DNA from: an uncultured Phycisphaerales bacterium
Lineage (GTDB): Bacteria > Planctomycetota > Phycisphaerae > Tepidisphaerales > Tepidisphaeraceae
NCBI GenBank assembly: GCA_963755915.1
Contig: CAVWLP010000003.1
Span: 960,001-1,024,000 of the forward strand
DNA: 64,000 bases
Direction: 5' to 3'
The notes beneath the pieces were generated by a model that was given only the letters and a program-made list of their open reading frames with translations, searched no databases and was not told the origin of the DNA. Position numbers and translations under genes: made by a program. Positions 47,894 through 56,162 of this stretch are shown here, piece by piece; the stretch's first letter is position 1; each line of letters opens with the position of its first letter.

Positions 47894-49162
47894 TCATTCA
47901 CTCCACGAAATAATCTTCACGCACGGCGTCGTATTCGAGCTCGCAAAATTCGGAATGTTCGTATACGCCGGGTTGTAAGTCACCGACATCTTCCCGCTGT
48001 AACTCGTAATCCCCCCTCCCGTCACCATCAGCGCCCCGTTGACGGTCAGGCTCGTCGCGCTGGTCGACGAAAGCCCCGTGATCCCACTGGTCACATAAAC
48101 CACCCCCGTCGCGTTCACCGATGCCGCGGACCCGTCCAGCGTCAATTTCGATCCCACCACGATCGCCGGATAGTTCGTCGTCAGCGTCGTCGTCACCGGC
48201 GTCACGTTCACCGCCGCGTTCACGGGCATCAGCGTCCCCGGCACAACCAACGTCCCATTAATCGTCAGCGCCTTGTTCACCGTCAGCGAACCCGTCGTAT
48301 AGTAAATCCCCAGCGGATTCGACGGCGTCGGCCCATACGAAATCGCCGAATTCACCGTCGCCCCCAACTGCGTCGCATTATATTGAACCCCCTGATACAC
48401 ATACGGCGCGGCAAAATTCGCCACCGTCCCCGAATTCGGCGAGGCCGGCGTCGTCGGCGCCCCCGAAACGCTCCCATTCGTCTGCACCGTCCCCAGGCTC
48501 ACAGAGCTCGCCTCGATATTCCCGCTCACAACCCCGCTCCCCAAAACGCCCCCCGTCGAAACCATCGCCGGCGAAGTCGAATTCGCGCTCGAAAACGTTT
48601 CCGACGCCGACAGCGTCACCGCGGTATTGAACGCCGCCGCCTGGTTGATCTGATAAGTGCTCCCCGCGCAAATCTCCGCGGTGATGGTCCGCGTCACCGC
48701 CCCACCCCCCATCGATGACCCCGACGATCCGATCGCCGTCACCGGAAAACACTCAACCCCATTTGCCCCGATCGCCGGCGCTCCCATCACGATCGTTACG
48801 CTCCCCGGAATCGTCGCCGCCGGCGAAGTTGTCGCGAACGTAATGTTGGAGGTCGTACTGTTAAAGAAATTCGCCGGCGCATCGTTTTGATTGAGAATAT
48901 AAAACATCGCCAGGTGAATCCCCGATTCCGCCTGCGCCTGCGCCGTCGCCGCTGCTACGGCATTCCCCGCCGCCGTCGCCTGCACCGCACTCCCCGACAG
49001 CATCGCATAAGCCAGTATCGTCGCCAGCGCCATCACCAAAACGACGAGCACCAGCGCAATCCCCTTCCGCCTCGCATATCCCCTCTTATCCCCTCTCCCA
49101 GTACTCTGGGAGAGGGTGAGGGTGAGGGCCGGAAAAGAAGTTTCTCGATTCGCTATGTTCAT
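47894..49162 (-). CDS. Large PilX/GspK-like minor pilin; leader contains a translated REP
   Basis: RRKG|IALVLVV without E5; AQAQAESGI; S/T-rich beta domain. Confidence 0.8.
   Translation of the reverse strand: MNIANRETSFPALTLTLSQSTGRGDKRGYARRKGIALVLVVLVMALATILAYAMLSGSAVQATAAGNAVAAATAQAQAESGIHLAMFYILNQNDAPANFFNSTTSNITFATTSPAATIPGSVTIVMGAPAIGANGVECFPVTAIGSSGSSMGGGAVTRTITAEICAGSTYQINQAAAFNTAVTLSASETFSSANSTSPAMVSTGGVLGSGVVSGNIEASSVSLGTVQTNGSVSGAPTTPASPNSGTVANFAAPYVYQGVQYNATQLGATVNSAISYGPTPSNPLGIYYTTGSLTVNKALTINGTLVVPGTLMPVNAAVNVTPVTTTLTTNYPAIVVGSKLTLDGSAASVNATGVVYVTSGITGLSSTSATSLTVNGALMVTGGGITSYSGKMSVTYNPAYTNIPNFASSNTTPCVKIISWSE
49090..49129. repeat. REP copy inside the PilX-like leader
   Basis: cccctctcccagtactctgggagagggtgagggtgagggc; 39/40 identical to 34914-34953. 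Confidence 0.9.
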
Positions 49163-49164
49163 TC

Positions 49165-49938
49165 TCACTCCGGCTGCGTCGCCGCCGTCCTCACCGTCGT
49201 CGTGTTGTACAACGTCAAATTCGTCCCATCGCTCCTGGAAAACCCAATCGCATACTCCACCACCGGCAACTGCGTGCTCGTCCCCGCATTCCAGCTCGAA
49301 TTCACGTAAACCTGAAACCCGCTCACTTCCAGACAATCATTCACATTCGCCCCCGTTCCCGGCTCCGACCCCGGCCCCCCCAGCGACTGCTTGGCCACCC
49401 ACGATTCCCCTGGAAACGCAGCCACAAACGCCGCAAAATCGCTCTGCGACGTAAGCTGTTGCATCTGCGTCGGATCGCTCGACGAGGGCGCCGAATTCTC
49501 ATACAGCCAGATCGTCTCCGTCGTCGGGTCATACTCGATCAGCCCCATCTCCCCCAGGTAAGGATCCGTAATCGGCATTCCCGGCGTCTGAAGGCCGTAA
49601 TCCTGCCAGAAAAAAATCGACCCCGCCGTCGCCGGCGACCCCGAAATAGCCCCCGGCGCGTAATAACAAATATAATTCGCGTTCTGCAAAATCCTCTGAA
49701 TCCGCAGATACGTCTGATTCGCCTGCATCTGCGTCGAGCGCGTCAGATCCTGATCATCCCACCCCGCAGAAACCGCCGTCATGATCGCCGCCGCCCCCAT
49801 CATCACCAACGCCACAATCACCAGCCCGATGATCAGCTCAACGAGTAAAAACCCTGACCTTCTTGCTCCTCTTACCCCCTCGCCCGGTACTCCGGGAGAG
49901 GGCAGGGGTGAGGGCCGAAATCTACGGTTGAATCGCAT
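49165..49938 (-). CDS. PilW/GspJ-like minor pilin; leader contains a translated REP
   Basis: RRSG|FLLVELIIGLVI. Confidence 0.82.
   Translation of the reverse strand: MRFNRRFRPSPLPSPGVPGEGVRGARRSGFLLVELIIGLVIVALVMMGAAAIMTAVSAGWDDQDLTRSTQMQANQTYLRIQRILQNANYICYYAPGAISGSPATAGSIFFWQDYGLQTPGMPITDPYLGEMGLIEYDPTTETIWLYENSAPSSSDPTQMQQLTSQSDFAAFVAAFPGESWVAKQSLGGPGSEPGTGANVNDCLEVSGFQVYVNSSWNAGTSTQLPVVEYAIGFSRSDGTNLTLYNTTTVRTAATQPE
49876..49915. repeat. REP copy inside the PilW-like leader
   Basis: cccctcgcccggtactccgggagagggcaggggtgagggc. Confidence 0.88.
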
Positions 49939-50422
49939 TACTGCCTCGGAATCGGATACTGCGCCACAAACTCCGGCACCGAAATCTCCTCCCCATCCGG
50001 ACCCGTCACCAAAACCGTCACAATCCCAAAATTGCTCGCCGGCGTCGTCGCATCAATCGACGGTTGCGCCCCACGATCACCGTCACCCCACGCGAAAAAT
50101 TCTGCGAACTCGTCACATCCAGCGTCCCCCCCTCCAGCAGAGGCAACGCATTGCTCGAATCCGAATACCCATTAAACGCGCTGATGTTGGTATACGTGCT
50201 TCTCGCCCCGCTGCCGTTCCCCAGCGCATCCGACGACACAAACGGCTTGGCCACCACCTCGTCCATCAACTGCCGCGCCAGCGTCACCGCCGACGACGAT
50301 GCCGCGATCGCATCCCCCTGCTGATAGGACGATGACAACGCCCCCGCCACTCCGATCACCAGGATGACCAGAATCACCGACGCAACCAGACCCTCCAGCA
50401 GGGTAAAGCCGCGCCGCCGCAT
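49938..50422 (-). CDS. PilV/GspI-like minor pilin, frameshift near 50070
   Basis: RRRG|FTLLEGLVA; alternate frame ends VAQYPIPRQ with TAATG coupling to the next gene. Confidence 0.8.
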
Positions 50423-50429
50423 CAATCGC

Positions 50430-50987
50430 TTAGTATTTTGAGTAGTCTGTTCCGGAACCATTATCGCTCACCACGTTCGCCACAAATTCCTGCGTCTGCG
50501 GCTTATAAATCCACCCCGTGGTTCCGTCGGCCTTGGGCATCGCCTGATTGTTCCCCACCATCTTGATCGTGCTTAATTGATTCAGCGGATCCACCGGCGC
50601 CTTCCCAAGATAAGGCCCATACGGATACATCGCGTTCGCCGATCGGCTCAAACGCAGGCTCACATCCGAGTACTGCGTCATCTGCGCCATGAACACATCC
50701 GGATTCGGCACCGAAGTCGGATCCCCCTCCGGATACCCCGGCGGAACATCCTGGTGCTGCGCCTTGAACACCGCGATCTGCGTCCTCAAATACTGAAGCT
50801 GGTCCGTCAGCAGGTTTAACCGGTCCTGCTGGCTCGCCACCGAAAATTGCGGAATCACCACCGTCGCCAGGATCCCCAGCACCAGCAGAATGATCACAAC
50901 CTCCACCAGCGTGAATCCGCGCACCCTCCCCCGCGCGTACGATCGACGCGCGCATACCCAGCGATAATTGGGTGCCTCGCGGTTCAC
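50430..50987 (-). CDS. Pilin/pseudopilin, paralog of the major pilin
   Basis: RG|FTLVEVVIILLVLGILATVVIPQF; YGPYL..PVDP; GTG start with AGGAG. Confidence 0.85.
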   Translation of the reverse strand: MNREAPNYRWVCARRSYARGRVRGFTLVEVVIILLVLGILATVVIPQFSVASQQDRLNLLTDQLQYLRTQIAVFKAQHQDVPPGYPEGDPTSVPNPDVFMAQMTQYSDVSLRLSRSANAMYPYGPYLGKAPVDPLNQLSTIKMVGNNQAMPKADGTTGWIYKPQTQEFVANVVSDNGSGTDYSKY

Positions 50988-51014
50988 AGAGAGTCTCCTG
51001 AATCTCCCATCGGC

Positions 51015-51044
51015 AAAAAAAAGAAGGCGGTTGACACCGCCTTC
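51015..51044 (-). terminator. Intrinsic terminator after the first pilin gene
   Basis: Minus strand gaaggcgg-tgtcaa-ccgccttc followed by T8. Confidence 0.8.
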
Positions 51045-51094
51045 AATAACCCTGCTCAATTGTCACAAATTACGGGACCCGATGCGGATCAATC

Positions 51095-51607
51095 CTAATA
51101 GGCCACAAAAAGGCTCCCATTGATCGAACCGGCAATCGTCGTTCCCGTCGTATCCGTCCCGTAAATCAGCCCGCTTCCGCTGCCGCCGTTGTAGTCATAC
51201 ACAAATCCGGCGGCGGTATACCCATTCGGCGCCGTCGACGCGCTGGTCGAAACCGTCCCATCGTCCACGTCCGAGTTGCCGTTCATCGGATTCACAGGGA
51301 CCGCCTGCATATACGGCCCGTAACTCTGCGAAGGCACACCATACGACGTCGACCCAACCAGCGCACCCCAGTTCGTTCCACCGGTCCCAACCAGGTCCGG
51401 CAACGCATCGCCATGCTGCAACTTATAAAGCTGAATCTGGCTGCGAAGCGTTTGCAGTGTGCTCTGCAAGCTGCTCTCACGCGCGTTCTGGCTCGCGTTC
51501 GTGAATTGCGGGATCACGATCGCGGCAAGAATGCCGAGAATGATCACCACGATCAGAATTTCCACCAGCGTGAATCCCTGATGTGGCCTTGAGCGTTTGC
51601 GAATCAT
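51095..51607 (-). CDS. Probable major pilin/pseudopilin (GspG/PilA-like)
   Basis: QG|FTLVEILIVVIILGILAAIVIPQF; GGAGG RBS; followed by its own terminator. Confidence 0.9.
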   Translation of the reverse strand: MIRKRSRPHQGFTLVEILIVVIILGILAAIVIPQFTNASQNARESSLQSTLQTLRSQIQLYKLQHGDALPDLVGTGGTNWGALVGSTSYGVPSQSYGPYMQAVPVNPMNGNSDVDDGTVSTSASTAPNGYTAAGFVYDYNGGSGSGLIYGTDTTGTTIAGSINGSLFVAY

Positions 51608-51742
51608 TGGTTCTTCCTCCCAAAATGCTCGTAACACAAGCGCTCATCGACCCGCTTTATTGAAGACTTAACGTGATAACCCCCGCACCAACCGCGCCCC
51701 CCGCAGCAGCCGCAAATCCCCCCACAATATCGGACCGCCGAA

Positions 51743-52648
51743 TTACTGTGCCTCTATTTCCAGGCTGATGTCCAGCGCTGCGGCCGAATGCGTCAGCGCC
51801 CCCACCGAAATCCGCTCCACCCCCGTCAAGGCTATCGGACGCGTCGTCTCCAGCGTCACGCCCCCCGACGCCTCCAGCACGATCTTCCCCTTCTTCCCCG
51901 CCCGATCCCGCAGCTCCACTGCCGTCTGCATTTTCGGGCAGTCCATATTATCCAGCAAAACCACCAGGTCCCCCTCCAGTTTGAGCACCTCCCGAAACTG
52001 CTCCAGACTCTCCACCTCCACCTCGATAAACCGGTCCCGGTTCTCCTTCCGCACCTCGGCAATCTTCTGTGACAAGACCCCCGCCAGCTCCTTGATCCCA
52101 ATCCCCGCGATATGGTTCTCCTTGATCAGCATCCCATCATAAAGCCCCATCCGATGGTTATGCCCCCCGCCGCATCTGACCGCATATTTATCCAGAGCCC
52201 TTAGCCCAGGCAGCGTCTTGCGCGTGTCATAAATTTTCGCGCTCGTCCCCTCCACGCGCCTGACAAACCGCGCCGTCAGCGTCGCCACCCCGCTCAAATG
52301 CTGCAAAAAATTTAGAATCACCCGCTCCGCCGCCAGCAGCGATCTCATCGGCCCTCGAATCCGCACCAGCGGCAAAGTCCGCGCATCGCTGAACCGCCCC
52401 TCCAGAATATCCACGTGAAACCCCGGGATCGTCTCCACCCTCAACCTCTCGTCATACACCCGGCAAATCATCTCCACCAGCGGCAACCCGCACGTCACCC
52501 CCACCTCTTTCTGCAACAGCGTCCCCACCCCAATCGTCTCTTCCGGAATCATGATCCGGCTGGTCACATCATCCCCCCCCAAATCCTCTCGCCGCGCAAG
52601 CTCTACGATCTCCCTCACCTCATCAAATTTCGGAAATGCCCAATTCAT
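51743..52648 (-). CDS. nadC: Nicotinate-nucleotide pyrophosphorylase
   Basis: EDLGGDDVT, DTRKTLPG, HRMGLYD, LLDNM, EASGG, ISVGALTHS. Confidence 0.95.
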   Translation of the reverse strand: MNWAFPKFDEVREIVELARREDLGGDDVTSRIMIPEETIGVGTLLQKEVGVTCGLPLVEMICRVYDERLRVETIPGFHVDILEGRFSDARTLPLVRIRGPMRSLLAAERVILNFLQHLSGVATLTARFVRRVEGTSAKIYDTRKTLPGLRALDKYAVRCGGGHNHRMGLYDGMLIKENHIAGIGIKELAGVLSQKIAEVRKENRDRFIEVEVESLEQFREVLKLEGDLVVLLDNMDCPKMQTAVELRDRAGKKGKIVLEASGGVTLETTRPIALTGVERISVGALTHSAAALDISLEIEAQ

Positions 52649-52700
52649 ATTGTCCCAGCACAAGATTCTAGCCCCGCGCACAATCTTCGTCGATATTCCG

Positions 52701-52730
52701 CTCGCAACCCGCAACTCGCAACTCGCAACT
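52701..52730. repeat. Heptamer tandem repeat (CYCGCAA)x4
   Basis: ctcgcaacccgcaactcgcaactcgcaact. Confidence 0.75.
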
Positions 52731-52760
52731 TTCCCCGCTAATATCCACCCCGCACAATCT

Positions 52761-54272
52761 ATGTCCATCAAGTTCGAAATCTATCGCGACGGCGCCCGCG
52801 TCACCCAGTTCATTCCCGTCGCCCCCATGGCCATGGGACCCGAAAGCGTCCCCATGCCCTCCGAGATCCTCTTCAAGGACGGACAGCTCATCGTCAATCG
52901 CGCCGACGAGCACGCCCTCGGCGTCGCCCTTCTCTGGGACGTCCCCGGCATGGGAACGCTCCACCTCGAAACCACCCGCCTCCAGCATCGTGAAAATCCC
53001 TACAACCTCAACGTCGAGCTCGCCCGCGCCCGACTCATGAAAATCGTCCAGAAGCAGGAAGACTGGAACCTCTTCGATTTCCCCAAGGCCGAAAAATTCA
53101 TCCAGCGCTTCCGCGACAGCCAGAGCCTCCTCGCCGACGCCCTCGGCCTCCTCCACCAGCCCGCCGAGGCCGCCAAGCTCGCCGACCAGTCCCTCGCCAT
53201 GTCCATCGAGCTCTCCGAGCAGCTCGCCATGTTCCACGGCGAGCTCCTCATCAACCGCCGCCGACAGACCAACGCCTTCGTCAAGCACATCGTCGGCTGC
53301 CGAATCGACCCGGTCATCCAGAACCAAAAATACAAAGACACCCTCACCGGCAGCTTCGACTACGCCATCCTCCCTGTCCGCTGGAAACAGATTCAGCCCC
53401 AGGAACACACCTTCGACGCCGGCCCCGTCGACGAATGGGCCGACCTTCTTGCCAAGAAACGAATGCCCATCATTGCCGGCCCTCTCATCGACCTCACCGA
53501 GGGCGAAGTCCCCGACTGGATGTACATCTGGGAACACGACTTCGACACCCTCCGCGAGCTCGCCTACGAATACGTCCAGAAGGTCGTCACCCGCTACCGA
53601 AAATCCGTCGCCGTCTGGAACGTCTGTGCCGGCCTCCACACCAACAGCGTCTTCACCCTCAGCTTCGAGCAAATCATCGAGCTCACGCGCCTCCTCATCG
53701 CCCAAGTCAAAACGCTGCTCCCCTCCGCCCGCACCCTGGTCACCATCAAATACCCCTTCGGCGAGCACCACTCCCGCAGCCGATCCAGCGTCCCTCCCAT
53801 GCTCTACGCCGAAATGGTCGCCCAGGCCGGCATCAACTTCGAAGCCTTCGGCCTGGAATTCGAAATGGGCATCCCCGCCCCGGGAATGTTCACCCGCGAT
53901 CTCTTCCAGTTCAGCTCCATGCTGGACAAATTCTCCACCCTCGGCAGGCCACTCTTCCTGACGAGCCTCGCCGTCCCCGGCCGATCCACCCCCGACCCCC
54001 ACGATCGCTGGGAAGGGAAAATGGACCCCATCCTCGCCGGCAAATGGAAACGCCCTTGGGACCCCGAACTCCAGGCCGAATGGCTCTCCGCCGCCTATCG
54101 ATTGGCCCTCAGCAAGCCATACGTGGAATCCATCGCCTGGGGCAATCTCGCCGACATCAACCCCACTGTCCCCGCCGGCGGCGCCCTCGACGACATGCTC
54201 AAACCCAAGCCCGCCTTCAACAAGCTCCAGGAACTGCGCGAAAACTTCCGCGTCTGGCAGCGAAAAATCTAA
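52761..54272 (+). CDS. GH10-like TIM-barrel protein, no signal peptide, catalytic Glu residues not evident
   Basis: WKQIQP, VVTRY...WNV, QAEW, LDDMLKPKPA. Confidence 0.65.
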   Translation: MSIKFEIYRDGARVTQFIPVAPMAMGPESVPMPSEILFKDGQLIVNRADEHALGVALLWDVPGMGTLHLETTRLQHRENPYNLNVELARARLMKIVQKQEDWNLFDFPKAEKFIQRFRDSQSLLADALGLLHQPAEAAKLADQSLAMSIELSEQLAMFHGELLINRRRQTNAFVKHIVGCRIDPVIQNQKYKDTLTGSFDYAILPVRWKQIQPQEHTFDAGPVDEWADLLAKKRMPIIAGPLIDLTEGEVPDWMYIWEHDFDTLRELAYEYVQKVVTRYRKSVAVWNVCAGLHTNSVFTLSFEQIIELTRLLIAQVKTLLPSARTLVTIKYPFGEHHSRSRSSVPPMLYAEMVAQAGINFEAFGLEFEMGIPAPGMFTRDLFQFSSMLDKFSTLGRPLFLTSLAVPGRSTPDPHDRWEGKMDPILAGKWKRPWDPELQAEWLSAAYRLALSKPYVESIAWGNLADINPTVPAGGALDDMLKPKPAFNKLQELRENFRVWQRKI

Positions 54273-54281
54273 CCCACCCGC

Positions 54282-54641
54282 ATGAACTCCCAATCGCGCG
54301 GAGTGATCGTACTCGTTTCAATCCTGATCATAATTCTCACCCTCCGCCTGGCATTGAACCCCCAAACCACGAGTGACCGCCAGACGACCTCAGCCCCGCG
54401 CCAATGACTTAGCCGACCGCATCGACCCCAACACCGCCACAACCGCCGAGCTCTCCGCCATCCCCGACCTCGGCCCCAAGCGCGCCCAGGCCATCGTAGA
54501 TTTCCGTGAGAAATTCGCCCAGCGGCACCCCAACGCGTTCCCCTTCCATCGCGCATCCGACCTGGAACAAATCCCCGGCATAGGCCCCGCCACGGCTGAG
54601 AATTTACGCCCTATCTTCAATTCTTGCCGGCGCCGCAATAA
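54282..54641 (+). CDS. ComEA-like helix-hairpin-helix protein, frameshifted
   Basis: TM, IDPNTATTAELSAIPDLGPKRAQAI, DLEQIPGIGP. Confidence 0.82.
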
Positions 54642-54655
54642 TGGCACAACACTGA

Positions 54656-54928
54656 TCAAAGAGATTTCAGTAGCCTGTCGTACTCAGCATGCGTTCCAAG
54701 GAAAAACCACAGAATTTCCTCGTCCGTTTTTCGAATTCCGACCGCACGATACGAATCGGTAATCCGAACGGACCACAGTGGAAGCGCGGTACTCAATCGC
54801 TTGAATTGCAGCCCCGGATGCCAGGGGTCAACTTGGAACCGTCGATAAGCCTCGCGAGCGCGATCCTAGATTTCGCCCGGCAAGCGAGCGAAATCCCTTC
54901 GGAAAGTCGAATGGACACGTGAATTCAA
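54656..54928 (-). pseudogene. RelE/ParE-like toxin with in-frame TAG at 54866-54868
   Basis: Manual translation: MNSRVHSTFRRDFARLPGEI*DRAREAYRRFQVDPWHPGLQFK...WSVRITDSYRAVG...WFFLGTHAEYDRLL. Confidence 0.8.
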
Positions 54929-55142
54929 AGCCGATCCGGATCCAGCGGTTCCGAAGCACCCCGGCATCATCCGCCAGCATCTTCTCCACAAATCCCTTCA
55001 GTTTCCCCTCATGCTCCGCGGTAGAGCCCGACCACTTTTCATCTTCTTCCAATTCCGCAAGCAGAAACCGCGCAAGCTGATCCTGTTTCGATTCAGGCAT
55101 CGCCCGCAACAGTTCGATTGCTTGCTCCATGAGTCGAGTCAT
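54925..55142 (-). CDS. Cognate antitoxin, frameshift near 54962
   Basis: MTRLMEQAIELLRAMPESKQDQLARFLLAELEEDEKW; alternate frame ends EPLDPDRL with TTGA overlap onto the toxin. Confidence 0.72.
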
Positions 55143-55261
55143 ACGCCCTAATTCTAGCACTTCAAACCCATCTTCGAAACCTTGGGCGCTCATCACAAAA
55201 TTCCCCGTTACCTCCCGCACCCCCGTGCCATCACCCCTTCAGCCAAACCAAAGGAGCCCCA

Positions 55262-55885
55262 ATGTCCAAACGCTTCGCAACCCTGCTTCTCGCCATCCTC
55301 CTGATCCCCACAATCTCGGCCTTCGCCCAGGACAACGGCGGCCCCGGCGGACCGCCCAACGACAACGGCCCCGTTGGACCAGGCGGCCCCCCCGACTTCG
55401 CCCAAATGCGCCAGCGCATGGAAGCCGCCCTCAAACAACGTCTCGGCGTCACCGACGACGAATGGGCCGTCCTCTCCCCCAAAATCCAAAAAGTCCGCCA
55501 ACTGCAAATGCAGCTCCGCCCCCCCCGACCTGACTTCGGCCCCGGCCCGCGCAACGGCCCCCCCGGCGCCGACCAGAACACAAACAACAATCAAGACCAA
55601 TCCCCCCCGCCGCCACCCGGCAGCCCCGACAACCAGGGCGGCCCCGGCGGCCCTCCCGGTCCTCCCGAAATGGCCAACTCGCCGGTCCAGAAAGCCGTCG
55701 ACCATCTCAACCAGCTCCTGCAAAAAAGTGATTCCTCCGACTCCGACATCCAATCCGCCTGCGACGCCGTTCGGCAGGCCCGCGCCACCGCAAAATCAGA
55801 ACTCTCCAAAGCCCAGGAAGATTTGAAGTCCGTCGTCACCCCGCGCCAGGAAGCCGTCCTGCTCGCGATGGGAATCCTCGAATAA
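55262..55885 (+). CDS. Secreted Pro/Gly-rich helical protein (Spy/CpxP-like)
   Basis: Signal peptide ending AFA; LGVTDDEW; VTPRQEAVL. Confidence 0.65.
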   Translation: MSKRFATLLLAILLIPTISAFAQDNGGPGGPPNDNGPVGPGGPPDFAQMRQRMEAALKQRLGVTDDEWAVLSPKIQKVRQLQMQLRPPRPDFGPGPRNGPPGADQNTNNNQDQSPPPPPGSPDNQGGPGGPPGPPEMANSPVQKAVDHLNQLLQKSDSSDSDIQSACDAVRQARATAKSELSKAQEDLKSVVTPRQEAVLLAMGILE

Positions 55886-55921
55886 ACCCCAATCTCAGCA
55901 CCCACAGCTCCTCACATTCGA

Positions 55922-55950
55922 AAGCCCCCGCATGGCCATGCGGGGGCCTT
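55922..55950. terminator. GC-rich hairpin (terminator or REP)
   Basis: aagcccccgcatg-g-ccatgcgggggcctt. Confidence 0.55.
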
Positions 55951-56162
55951 CCATTCTCGCGACCGCAACGACCCGACAAACCGAACACTTTTTCCGCGCA
56001 ATTTCCGTCCGCTCAGCCCCCACGCTCATAAACCCTTCGCCCACCAAGCGATTCAATAACAATTAAACTTAGCAATCACTAATCATATTTCAAAAAGTGT
56101 TCAGTTTTGTTCAGTTCTGTTCAGTCCCACCCCGTCCATCATCCCGGCTATAATCCCCCCAT

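Noticed and set aside
50932-50952. Third REP in a pilin leader
   Set aside because: Only a 7-bp GC stem unrelated to the 40-bp repeat; expected by chance at this GC content.
52668-54293. Long antisense ORFs (also 56148-57524, 33593-34957, 60989-62071)
   Set aside because: They are shadows of strongly biased sense genes in high-GC DNA and show no domain motifs.
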